A stretch of 64,000 bases of DNA, taken from NCBI GenBank assembly GCA_946643435.1, contig CAMPCD010000001.1, forward strand, positions 88,117 to 152,116. Reading direction: 5' to 3'. This DNA is from an uncultured bacterium (GTDB lineage Bacteria > Bacillota_I > Bacilli_A > RF39 > UBA660). Positions 10,219-19,754 of the stretch are shown here, in pieces. Each line of letters begins with the position of its first letter. The first letter of the stretch is position 1. A model generated the notes under the pieces. The model made no database searches and was not told where the DNA came from. It saw nothing but the letters and a program-made list of their open reading frames with translations. The position numbers were made by a program, and so were the translations under genes.

Positions 10219-10465
10219 TATAAAAGTAGATATAGATATCAACCCAGAATACACAATGATGAAAACTCTTCCTAATGGTTTAATGCTATCTCAAGAACAA
10301 ATAGAAATATTAAATCAATATAATATAGATTACTTATCTTGTAAAAGTTTAAATGAACTTATATATAAGATAGATACTGTGTATGATGAAACTAATGATG
10401 ATGTACTAAATAACTTGCTTGATGTACTATCTGAAAGAGATTATTACGAAAATTATAACAAATAG
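10211..10465 (+). CDS. Hypothetical acidic protein (84 aa)
   Basis: Overlaps upstream ORF by 8 nt (translational coupling). Confidence 0.45.
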   Translation: MDNIKVDIDINPEYTMMKTLPNGLMLSQEQIEILNQYNIDYLSCKSLNELIYKIDTVYDETNDDVLNNLLDVLSERDYYENYNK

Positions 10466-10524
10466 CATTGAATAACAATAAAATTATGCTATAATATAAT
10501 ATACAAAAACGAGGAAGTGAGATA

Positions 10525-10752
10525 ATGGGAATAGTTCTAAAATTAGATCATATAATGTTAGATAAAAAGATGTCTTTAAATCAATTAGCAGAAAACGTTG
10601 GAATAACACCTGCTAATATGTCTAATATCAAAACAGGTAAGATCAAGGCTATTAGATTTTCAACACTTGAAGGTATTTGCAAAGTATTAAAATGCCAACC
10701 TGGAGACATATTAGAATATAAGGAAGACGACAACAAAGACGAATTATTATAA
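10525..10752 (+). CDS. XRE-family helix-turn-helix transcriptional regulator (Cro/CI-like, 75 aa)
   Basis: MSLNQLAENVGITPANMSNIKTGKIKAIRFSTLEGICKVLKCQPGDIL is a canonical HTH_XRE. Preceded by extended -10 TGCTATAAT at 10485-10493. Confidence 0.8.
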   Translation: MGIVLKLDHIMLDKKMSLNQLAENVGITPANMSNIKTGKIKAIRFSTLEGICKVLKCQPGDILEYKEDDNKDELL

Positions 10753-10776
10753 AAACTACACGTAAGTGTAGTTTTA

Positions 10777-11394
10777 TTATTCATAAGTTTTAAAATATTG
10801 AGGTAATTTAGCTATATACTCTTTACCATCTATAACTAATCTATAAGCATGTAAATACATTTTAGGAGATTTATCTCTTAATCCATATTTCTTATCACCT
10901 ATTATAGGATTACCTAGATTAGCTAAAGCTATTCTTATTTGATTTTTTCTTCCTGTTTCTATAGATACATCTAAATATGAAGCTTTAGCAAATCTTTTTA
11001 TAACTTTATAATTTGTTATAGCTATCTTGCCTTCATTCTTATTTGTAGCATATACAAAGTGTTCTTTATTTTCTTTTAAATATTCAACTATTCTTTTCTT
11101 GTCTTCTTTTACTTTACCATGTACTACTACTTTATACTCTCTAGTATATTTATCCCAGTTATCTTGTAACTGTCTTTTTAGCTTTTCATTTTTAGCAAAT
11201 ACTATTACTCCTGAAGTATCTCTATCTAATCTATGTACAATAAACACTTTTTGATTTTTCTTATATAAATACTCTCTTACCTCATGATATAGACAATGTA
11301 TTTTATCTTTATCTGTACCAATTGTAAGATAATTAGCAGGTTTATTTATGACTATCATATTTTTATCTTCATATATAATATCTAATTTCTTCAT
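10777..11394 (-). CDS. RluA-family RNA pseudouridine synthase (no S4 domain)
   Basis: Catalytic motif HRLDRDTSGVIVFAKN. 205 aa. Confidence 0.85.
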   Translation of the reverse strand: MKKLDIIYEDKNMIVINKPANYLTIGTDKDKIHCLYHEVREYLYKKNQKVFIVHRLDRDTSGVIVFAKNEKLKRQLQDNWDKYTREYKVVVHGKVKEDKKRIVEYLKENKEHFVYATNKNEGKIAITNYKVIKRFAKASYLDVSIETGRKNQIRIALANLGNPIIGDKKYGLRDKSPKMYLHAYRLVIDGKEYIAKLPQYFKTYE

Positions 11395-11485
11395 TCAAAT
11401 CACCTATTTTTATTATAATAAATTTAAATATAAATAGATATTATTTTTGATTTATATTATAATGTTTATTAGAGGTGAATAGAAA

Positions 11486-12109
11486 ATGGCAACAACTAAA
11501 AAGAAAAACAATACAAAGAAAAATGAAAAGGAAGTAAAAACTACTACAACTAAGAAAAATAGTACTGCTAAAAAGAGTAATACAACTAAGAAAGTAAATA
11601 CTAATAATCAAAAGAAAAAAACAACAAATAAATCAACAAACAAACCTAAAAACGCTGTTAAAAAGAATGCACCTAAAAAACAAAATGCACCTAAGAAACA
11701 AAACGAATCAAAAAAGGAAGTTGTTGAAAAAGTTGTTACTGATGAAACAGATGTAGTTATTGCTCCTGTTACTATAGAAGAACCTGAAGTTATTGAAACT
11801 CCAGTTATTGAAGAAAAAGAAGAAGTAAAAGAAGAACCTGTTAAAGAAGTACCTAAAGTTGAAGAAGTAAAAACAAATGAAATAGATCTTCAAGCTAAAA
11901 AAGAATTAGTACAAAAAGCAGAAAAAAGAATTAACCTAGGATTATTTACTGTAATAATTGGTTTATTATTATTAATTGTTACTACTTATTTATCTTCTGC
12001 TACTGATATAGCTAAGAAAACAGTAGATTGTTTAGTTATAGCTTCTCTAGTAGTTGAATTTATAGGTATTGTTGTTATTATTTATAACACAATTAAATCT
12101 AATAAATAA
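11486..12109 (+). CDS. Lys/Thr-rich basic protein with acidic central region and two C-terminal TM helices
   Basis: N-terminal ~85 aa almost entirely K/T/N (TKKKNNTKKNEKEVKTTTTKKNST...). C-terminal LGLFTVIIGLLLLIVTTYL and LVIASLVVEFIGIVVIIY. Confidence 0.6.
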   Translation: MATTKKKNNTKKNEKEVKTTTTKKNSTAKKSNTTKKVNTNNQKKKTTNKSTNKPKNAVKKNAPKKQNAPKKQNESKKEVVEKVVTDETDVVIAPVTIEEPEVIETPVIEEKEEVKEEPVKEVPKVEEVKTNEIDLQAKKELVQKAEKRINLGLFTVIIGLLLLIVTTYLSSATDIAKKTVDCLVIASLVVEFIGIVVIIYNTIKSNK

Positions 12110-12822
12110 TGATAGAAGAATTAAATAAAATCATAAATGAATCAGATAATATTGTATTCTTTGGAGGAGCTGGTGTATCTACTGAATCTGGTATACCTGA
12201 TTTTAGATCACAAGATGGATTATATAATATGAAATATGATTATCCACCCGAGACTATATTATCTCATTCATTTTTTCTTTCTCATAAAAAAGAATTCTAT
12301 AAATTTTATTTTGATAAACTAGTTAATACAGATATAAAACCAAACTATACACATATCTTCTTAAAAGAATTAGAAGATAAAGGTAAATTAAAAGGAATAA
12401 TAACTCAAAATATTGATGGATTACATGAAATGGCTGGATCCAAGAAAGTATATAACTTACATGGAACTATCTATAAAAACCATTGTATGTTGTGTAATAA
12501 AGAATACTCATTAGATGAAATTATAGGTCAAGAAATACCTACATGCACATGTGGTGGTACAATAAAACCTGATGTGGTTTTATATGAAGAACCATTAGAT
12601 AATGATGTATTTGAAGAAGCAGAAAAATTAATAAGTTCTTGTAAAACTCTTATTATTGGAGGAACATCTTTAACTGTTTATCCTGCTGCTTACCTTATCA
12701 ATTATTTTGATGGAGATAATTTAATTATTATTAATAGAGATAAAATAAATGTTCCATTTAAAAATGCTATTCAAATAAATGATAGTATAGGAGAAACATT
12801 TAAGAAAGTTAATTTGAGGTGA
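12109..12822 (+). CDS. cobB: NAD-dependent protein deacylase (sirtuin, CobB/SIR2 family)
   Basis: GAGVSTESGIPDFRS Rossmann motif. Zn ribbon CxxC...CxC (CMLCNKEY...CTCGG). Confidence 0.85.
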   Translation: MIEELNKIINESDNIVFFGGAGVSTESGIPDFRSQDGLYNMKYDYPPETILSHSFFLSHKKEFYKFYFDKLVNTDIKPNYTHIFLKELEDKGKLKGIITQNIDGLHEMAGSKKVYNLHGTIYKNHCMLCNKEYSLDEIIGQEIPTCTCGGTIKPDVVLYEEPLDNDVFEEAEKLISSCKTLIIGGTSLTVYPAAYLINYFDGDNLIIINRDKINVPFKNAIQINDSIGETFKKVNLR

Positions 12823-12826
12823 TTAT

Positions 12827-13741
12827 ATGGAATTAATATTAAATATTTTATGTGCACTTATACCACTTATATATTTAGTAATATTTGTTGCTAAGGAAAA
12901 TAGAAGAAAAGGTAAGAAACATTACATATATGGATTAGTTGTAGCTGCAGTATTATTCTTAATACTATTTGTTATAAGATTAATAGCACTTACATTTATA
13001 TCAAATGAAAGTACTCCTGATAATACAACAACTACTACAACTAGTACAACAACTACAGTAGAACCTACTAAAGAATCTACTACTACAAAGAAATCTAACT
13101 ATGAAAGATTAACTACTCCTGCTGGTGGAGAAACACTTGGTACTACACCTAAAGGATATGAAGTAAAAAAGATAGATGGATTATATTATGTAGATGGTTA
13201 TTTAATAGCTAATAAAACATATTCATTACCTAAATCATATAATCCTGGAAAACTAAAAGCTGAAGTAGAAACAGCTGCAAATAAAATGTTTGCTGATGCT
13301 CAAAAAGAAGTAAATAATAATATGTGGGCTCAATCGGGATTTAGATCATACTCTACTCAAGAAAGTATTTATAATAGATATGTTTCAAGAGATGGGCAGA
13401 AAGAAGCTGATACATATTCAGCAAGACCTGGTTATTCAGAACATCAATCAGGTTTAGCATTTGACGTATGTGCTACTGGTAAATCTTGTATTGATAATGG
13501 TTTTGATAATACTAAAGAAGCTAAATGGTTATCTGAAAATGCTTATAAATATGGATTTATTTTAAGATATCCTAAAGGATCAGATAAAGTTGCTCAAACA
13601 GGATATATGTATGAATCATGGCACTTTAGATATGTTGGTGAAGACCTAGCAGAAAAACTATACAATAATGGTGATTGGATTACCATGGAAGAATATTTTG
13701 GTTTAACTTCATCTTATGATGAAAAACCAATAGGAGAATAA
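12827..13741 (+). CDS. D-alanyl-D-alanine carboxypeptidase, VanY/peptidase M15B family, N-terminal membrane anchor and Thr-rich linker
   Basis: SEHQSGLAFDV and ESWHFRY zinc-peptidase motifs. N-terminal TM. TTTTTSTTTT linker. Confidence 0.8.
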   Translation: MELILNILCALIPLIYLVIFVAKENRRKGKKHYIYGLVVAAVLFLILFVIRLIALTFISNESTPDNTTTTTTSTTTTVEPTKESTTTKKSNYERLTTPAGGETLGTTPKGYEVKKIDGLYYVDGYLIANKTYSLPKSYNPGKLKAEVETAANKMFADAQKEVNNNMWAQSGFRSYSTQESIYNRYVSRDGQKEADTYSARPGYSEHQSGLAFDVCATGKSCIDNGFDNTKEAKWLSENAYKYGFILRYPKGSDKVAQTGYMYESWHFRYVGEDLAEKLYNNGDWITMEEYFGLTSSYDEKPIGE

Positions 13742-13742
13742 T

Positions 13743-14084
13743 ATGAAGAAATATTTATTAATAATACCTATTCTATTATCTATATTAATAGTTGGAGGAT
13801 GTAAAAAAATGAACAACATACAAGATATAATCAAAGAAAACAATTATATAATAGTAGATGTAAGAACACCAGAAGAATATAACGAAGGTCATTTAAAAGA
13901 TGCTTTAAATATTCCAGTAGATGAAATAGAAGAAAACATATTTGATAAATCTAAAACCATAATTGTATATTGTAAATCTGGAAACAGAAGTAAAACTGCA
14001 TATGATAGTTTAACTAAAATGGGTTATAAAGCATATGACCTTGGAGCATATGATAAAATAACTGAATTCGAGAAAGTTAAGTAG
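13743..14084 (+). CDS. Rhodanese-domain lipoprotein
   Basis: Lipobox IVGGC. Rhodanese active-site loop YCKSGNRS. Confidence 0.8.
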   Translation: MKKYLLIIPILLSILIVGGCKKMNNIQDIIKENNYIIVDVRTPEEYNEGHLKDALNIPVDEIEENIFDKSKTIIVYCKSGNRSKTAYDSLTKMGYKAYDLGAYDKITEFEKVK

Positions 14085-14128
14085 ATACTTAACTTTTTTT
14101 AATGATATAATATCTATAGGTGATAATC

Positions 14129-16552
14129 ATGGACTTTTTAAATAATTTAGTTGATAACTCAATACTTATTATACCTAATGATTTAAAAAATAAAGTATTA
14201 GATTATATTGATGAAAATAAATTGTTAATAAATATTAAATTATTAACATTTAATGAACTAAAAAATGGTTTATTATATAGTTATACAAATGAAGCTATCT
14301 ACTATGTAATGAATAATTATAAAGTTAACTATGCTGTAGCAAAAGACTTTATTAATAATACTTATTACTTAGAAGATGAACACTATGAAAGTGATAAATT
14401 AAATACTATATTATCTATTAAAGATGATCTTAATACTAATGGTTTGTTAGAAAAAGATATCTTATTTAAAGAATTATTAAAATCTAAACAAAAACTATAT
14501 GTATATGGTTTTGATTTTATTAATAAATTTAATAATTATTTATTGGAGTTAGCTTCTAAATATATTGAAGTTGAAAGAATTAATAAAGATCAAAAAAATA
14601 ATGTTCATAAAGTAATAGAATTCAACAATATGGAAGATGAAGTATTCTTTGTTGCGGAAAAAATATCTAAATTAATTACTAAGGGAATTCCTCTTAATAA
14701 AATATATATAGCTAATTATAGTAATGAATATTTCTTTACTATGCATAGAATATTTAAACAATTTAATATTCCTTATTATATTAAATCTGAAACTAATCTA
14801 TACGACACACATATAGGTAGATACTTTATTGATAATTTAGATAATGATATAGACAAATTATTGTTTAAAATATCTAAGAAGTTTGATATTGAAAATAATA
14901 CATATAATATGAGTATATATAATTCTTTATTTAATTTAGTTAATACTTATTATTGGACTGATAATTATGTTGAAATAAAAGACTTAATCATGGAAGAAAT
15001 GATGAGGAAAACTATACCTATTAATCATTTTAATCAAGAAGTTACTACTACAAGTATAACTAACAATGTTTTCTTGGATGATGAATATGTATTCTTAATA
15101 GGTTTCAATTTAAACAGTTGTCCAAGTATTAAAAAGGATGAAGATTATATAAATGATAGTATTAAAACAAGATTAATGGAAACTACTATCGAGACTAATA
15201 AAAATAATAAAGAAACTTTATTACAAGCTATTGGTAATATAGATGATAATAATTTATTTATTACTTATAAATTACATTCATCTACTAATACTTATTTCCC
15301 ATCTTCATTAATAGATGGTAATAAATTAATTAAAGAAGTAAGTAATACATCATATTCTACATATTCAGATGATTATAATAAATACTTATATGCATCTAAA
15401 ATAGATAATTTAATTAAGTTTAATGAAAAGGATGAGACACTTTCAGTACTTAATTCAAACTATGATATACCATATGTTACATATGATAATAGATTAACTC
15501 CATTAAATAAGAATAAGATTAAAGAAATACTAGAAGATGGTAAACATACATTTAATTATTCTAATATTTCTAAATACTATAAATGTCCTTTTAAATTCTA
15601 TTTAGATTATTTCTATAAACTAGATACATTTGAACAAACAATAGATACTTTTGTTGGTTCATTATTCCATGGTGTATTAGAAGTATGTATAAATAATCCT
15701 TCAAAAGATATAGATAACGAATATGATAAATATTTGGAAGAACATAAAGATGACATGACATTTACTAAAGGTGATAAATTCTTTATTGAACACTTAAGAA
15801 AAGAAATTCACTTTATAATTGAATGTATTAGAAAACAATATAGTTACTCTACTCATGATATGAGTAAAGAATTACATGAGGAAGAAATAAAAAAGAATAC
15901 TAAAGATTTAGATTTAAATGTATCAGTTGATACTATCGTAAAAGGTATTGTTGATAAATTATTAATTATTAACAAAGATTATATGATAATCGATTATAAG
16001 ACTGGTAACTCAGATAAAATAGATTCAAAATTATTTAAATTTGGTATAGATATACAATTACCTATATATTTATTTCTACTTAAGAATCTAGATAAAGATA
16101 ATGCTGTAGCAGGAATGTATTTACAACATATATTACCTGGATTTATATCTTATAAAGATATATTAAAAAAAGATATAGATGAATATAGATTATCATCTTT
16201 AAGATTAGATGGTTTAACATTAGATGATGAAAGTAAAATCAAACAATTTGATTCAACATATGAAGACTCATTAGTTATTAAGAGTTTAAAGAAGAAAGCA
16301 GATGGTAACTGGAGTTCTAAGAAAATGATTACATATGATGAAGAACAAGAATTATACAATACAGTAAAGAAACTAATTGAAGATTGTATTAATAATACTG
16401 CTGAAGGAAACTTTGAAATAAAACCTATAAACATATATCAAAAAGTTGATGGATGCGATTACTGTAAATATCGTGATATATGTTATAGAAGAAACTCTGA
16501 TATAAACTATCAAAGTATATATGAAGCAAAGGATGGTGATGATAATGAGTAG
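14129..16552 (+). CDS. addB: AddB/RexB-type helicase-nuclease subunit B (compact form, degenerate N-terminal ATPase, C-terminal PD-(D/E)XK nuclease with Fe-S Cys cluster)
   Basis: C-terminus IIDYKTG...CDYCKYRDICY matches the AddB nuclease/Fe-S module. No Walker A in N-terminus. Overlaps addA start. Start chosen at ATG 14129 (AGGTGA SD, 5-nt spacer). Confidence 0.75.
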   Translation: MDFLNNLVDNSILIIPNDLKNKVLDYIDENKLLINIKLLTFNELKNGLLYSYTNEAIYYVMNNYKVNYAVAKDFINNTYYLEDEHYESDKLNTILSIKDDLNTNGLLEKDILFKELLKSKQKLYVYGFDFINKFNNYLLELASKYIEVERINKDQKNNVHKVIEFNNMEDEVFFVAEKISKLITKGIPLNKIYIANYSNEYFFTMHRIFKQFNIPYYIKSETNLYDTHIGRYFIDNLDNDIDKLLFKISKKFDIENNTYNMSIYNSLFNLVNTYYWTDNYVEIKDLIMEEMMRKTIPINHFNQEVTTTSITNNVFLDDEYVFLIGFNLNSCPSIKKDEDYINDSIKTRLMETTIETNKNNKETLLQAIGNIDDNNLFITYKLHSSTNTYFPSSLIDGNKLIKEVSNTSYSTYSDDYNKYLYASKIDNLIKFNEKDETLSVLNSNYDIPYVTYDNRLTPLNKNKIKEILEDGKHTFNYSNISKYYKCPFKFYLDYFYKLDTFEQTIDTFVGSLFHGVLEVCINNPSKDIDNEYDKYLEEHKDDMTFTKGDKFFIEHLRKEIHFIIECIRKQYSYSTHDMSKELHEEEIKKNTKDLDLNVSVDTIVKGIVDKLLIINKDYMIIDYKTGNSDKIDSKLFKFGIDIQLPIYLFLLKNLDKDNAVAGMYLQHILPGFISYKDILKKDIDEYRLSSLRLDGLTLDDESKIKQFDSTYEDSLVIKSLKKKADGNWSSKKMITYDEEQELYNTVKKLIEDCINNTAEGNFEIKPINIYQKVDGCDYCKYRDICYRRNSDINYQSIYEAKDGDDNE

Positions 16553-19500
16553 TCCTACAAAAGAACAAAAAGCTGCTATTGAAACAGATGGTTCAAATAT
16601 ACTAGTCTCTGCTGGTGCTGGGTCAGGTAAAACTTTCGTATTAAAAGAAAGAGTTCTAAGACTTGTATCAACTAAAACTACTGTAGACAAGCTTATCATC
16701 TTAACCTTCACTAAAAATGCTGCAGCAGAAATGAAAGAAAGAATAAGAAAGATAATATTAGAAAATGATGCTGTTAAAGACCAATTAGATCTAGTAGATT
16801 CAGCATATATAACTACATTCGATTCATTTGCTAATTCAATAGTTAAAAAGTATAACTATTTACTTAATATACCTAAGGACTTTGGTATTATTGATGCAAA
16901 TATAGTAAAAGCTGAATTAAATAAAATTATCGATGATATATTCAATGAATATTATGATAAAGATGATGAAGAATTCAAACAATTATTAACAAATTATTGT
17001 TATAAAAATGATAAAGACTTAAAAGAATCAATTGTTAGCATGTATAATACTTTATTAAATATAATTGATAGAGATACATATTTAAATGAATATATAGATA
17101 AACATTTTAGTGATAAATATATTCAATCTTTAATGGATGAATATTCTAATGATATATTTAATAGAATAGAAAAACTATTTCCTTTATATGATGAATTATT
17201 AGAATTAACATTAAAGGATACAGCTAAGGAAACTAATTATATAAGAATTGAAAATATTAAAAACTCTACTACATTTGATGAATTATTAGAATCCTTATCT
17301 ACTCCATTAGCTAGAGCTAATAAAGGTTGGTATGATGAAGGATACAAACCTCTTAAAGTATCAATTGATAATGTAGAAAAAAAGATAAAAGATGAATTAT
17401 TACATAATGAAAATGAATTCATTAAGCTATATAAAGAAACTTTAGTTCCAACTAAAGTCATAATAAATATTCTTAAAGAATTAGATAAAAGAATTCTTAA
17501 GTTTAAAGAAGAACATAATAGCTATGAATTCACTGATATAGCATTAAAAGCTATTGAATTAGTAAAAAAACATTCTGATGTAAGAGAAGAAATAAAAAAT
17601 AATACATATGAAATCATGATAGATGAATATCAAGATACAAATGATATTCAAGAAACATTTATTAATTATATTCAAAATAATAATGTATATATGGTAGGAG
17701 ATGTTAAACAATCTATCTATAGATTCCGTAATGCAAATCCATATATATTTAAGAATAAATATGATAACTATTCCCATAATAATGGTGGTTTTAAAATTGA
17801 TTTAACTAAAAACTTTAGATCAAGAGAAGAAGTTATTAATAATATAAATGATTTATTCTCAATAATCATGAGTGATGAATGTGGTGGTGCAAACTATAAA
17901 GCATCACATGCTATGAAATATGGTCAAGGAGATTATAGTAAGAATGAAATGAAAGATTATAACTATAATTTTGAATTATATAACTATGATTTAGATAAAG
18001 AAAAATACCCTAAGATGACTAAAGATGAAGTAGAAGCATTCATTATAGCTAATGATATAAAGAAGAAACTTGATAATAAAGAAACTATCATGGTTGAAGA
18101 AAATAAAAAGAATATAACTAGAGAAGCTACTTATAAAGACTTTGCTATTCTTGTAGATAAATCAACAAACTTTGATACTTTAAAGAAAATATTAGAGTAT
18201 AAAGGTATACCTGCTACAATCTATAAAGATGTAAATATTAAAGAAGATGATGAAGTATTTATACTAAAGAATCTTATATCTTTATTGGTACATATTAAAC
18301 AAAATAATCTAAATCATGAATTTAGACATGCATATATGTCTATTGGTAGATCATATGTATATAAAATAGATGATGATATCTTATTTGATATATTTAGAAA
18401 TAATACCTTTAAAGAAACTGATTTATATAAGAAGTGTTTAGAACTATCTAATATGATAGATGGTCTATCTAATAAAGAAATAATAACTAAACTAATTGAT
18501 GAATTTGATATTATCAATAAATTAGTTACTGTAGGAGATATAAAAGATAGAACTATTAAACTAGAATACTTTGTTGAACAAGCTAGTTCATTAAATGATT
18601 TTGGGTATGACATATATCAATTAAATGATTACTTCGATACTATTATAGAATCTGATAATCCTATCCAAATACCAGGTAAAAATGCTGATGCAAATGCAGT
18701 TAAAATCATGACTATACATGGTTCAAAAGGATTGGAATTCCCATATGTATATATGCCATATCTACAAACACAATTTAAAGGTAAAAAGCATACTAAATAT
18801 ATCATGTCTAATAATTCTAAATATGGTATATTGCTTCCATATTCACATGATGAAATTATAGATAACACATTTGTATATAATCTAAATGAAAACTTTGAAT
18901 TAAAAGAAGAAATATCAGAGAAAATTAGATTATTATATGTTGCAATTACCAGAGCAAGAGAAAAGTTTATATTAATTAATTCTTATAAAGATAAAACAGA
19001 ACCAATAGATCCAAGTTTAGTTATAGCAGATGATATATTTAACTGTAAGTCATTTAAGGATATCATCACTATACTTAGAAACTATTACTCTAAGTATCAA
19101 GTAGATATTGATTTATCTACATTAGGACTAACTAAAGATTATAATGATTCTTTAGAAAGCACATATAAAGAAAAGATTGATAGCTCAAGCACAAAAATAA
19201 ATATTATTAATAATAATATAGATTATAAAATATTAGATAATAAACACTTCTCTAAACAATTATCTAGTGTAATAGATAAGAAGTTTAAAGAGACATTAGA
19301 CTTTGGTACATTTATGCATTATTGTTTTGAGATATATGATTTCAACAATGACAATCTAAATTCAATGGATATACCTGAGTCTAATAAAGAATATATTAAG
19401 GACTTCTTAAAACATGATGAAGTTAAAGATATAAAGAATGCTAAAATATATAAGGAACACGAAATAAGATTTAGTAAAGATGGTTCTATATTTCATGGAA

Positions 19501-19685
19501 TAATAGACTTACTTGTAGAATATGATGATCATTTTGATATCATAGATTATAAGACTAGTAGTATTGATTCCCCTGAGTATAAAGAGCAATTATCTGGATA
19601 TAAGGATTATATAGAATCACAATATAATAAACCATGTAATATATATTTATATTCAATTAAAAAAGATATATTTAAAAAGTTGTAG
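16545..19685 (+). CDS. addA: AddA/RexA ATP-dependent helicase-nuclease subunit A
   Basis: UvrD-like Walker A SAGAGSGKTFVL. Motif II MIDEYQDTN. C-terminal RecB-type nuclease IIDYKTS. 1046 aa from ATG preceded by GGTGA. Confidence 0.85.
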   Translation: MSSPTKEQKAAIETDGSNILVSAGAGSGKTFVLKERVLRLVSTKTTVDKLIILTFTKNAAAEMKERIRKIILENDAVKDQLDLVDSAYITTFDSFANSIVKKYNYLLNIPKDFGIIDANIVKAELNKIIDDIFNEYYDKDDEEFKQLLTNYCYKNDKDLKESIVSMYNTLLNIIDRDTYLNEYIDKHFSDKYIQSLMDEYSNDIFNRIEKLFPLYDELLELTLKDTAKETNYIRIENIKNSTTFDELLESLSTPLARANKGWYDEGYKPLKVSIDNVEKKIKDELLHNENEFIKLYKETLVPTKVIINILKELDKRILKFKEEHNSYEFTDIALKAIELVKKHSDVREEIKNNTYEIMIDEYQDTNDIQETFINYIQNNNVYMVGDVKQSIYRFRNANPYIFKNKYDNYSHNNGGFKIDLTKNFRSREEVINNINDLFSIIMSDECGGANYKASHAMKYGQGDYSKNEMKDYNYNFELYNYDLDKEKYPKMTKDEVEAFIIANDIKKKLDNKETIMVEENKKNITREATYKDFAILVDKSTNFDTLKKILEYKGIPATIYKDVNIKEDDEVFILKNLISLLVHIKQNNLNHEFRHAYMSIGRSYVYKIDDDILFDIFRNNTFKETDLYKKCLELSNMIDGLSNKEIITKLIDEFDIINKLVTVGDIKDRTIKLEYFVEQASSLNDFGYDIYQLNDYFDTIIESDNPIQIPGKNADANAVKIMTIHGSKGLEFPYVYMPYLQTQFKGKKHTKYIMSNNSKYGILLPYSHDEIIDNTFVYNLNENFELKEEISEKIRLLYVAITRAREKFILINSYKDKTEPIDPSLVIADDIFNCKSFKDIITILRNYYSKYQVDIDLSTLGLTKDYNDSLESTYKEKIDSSSTKINIINNNIDYKILDNKHFSKQLSSVIDKKFKETLDFGTFMHYCFEIYDFNNDNLNSMDIPESNKEYIKDFLKHDEVKDIKNAKIYKEHEIRFSKDGSIFHGIIDLLVEYDDHFDIIDYKTSSIDSPEYKEQLSGYKDYIESQYNKPCNIYLYSIKKDIFKKL

Positions 19686-19754
19686 AAATACAACTTTTTT
19701 ATTTTATTCGAGATTTCATACATTAATCTTGTATATATATATTAAGGAGTAATA

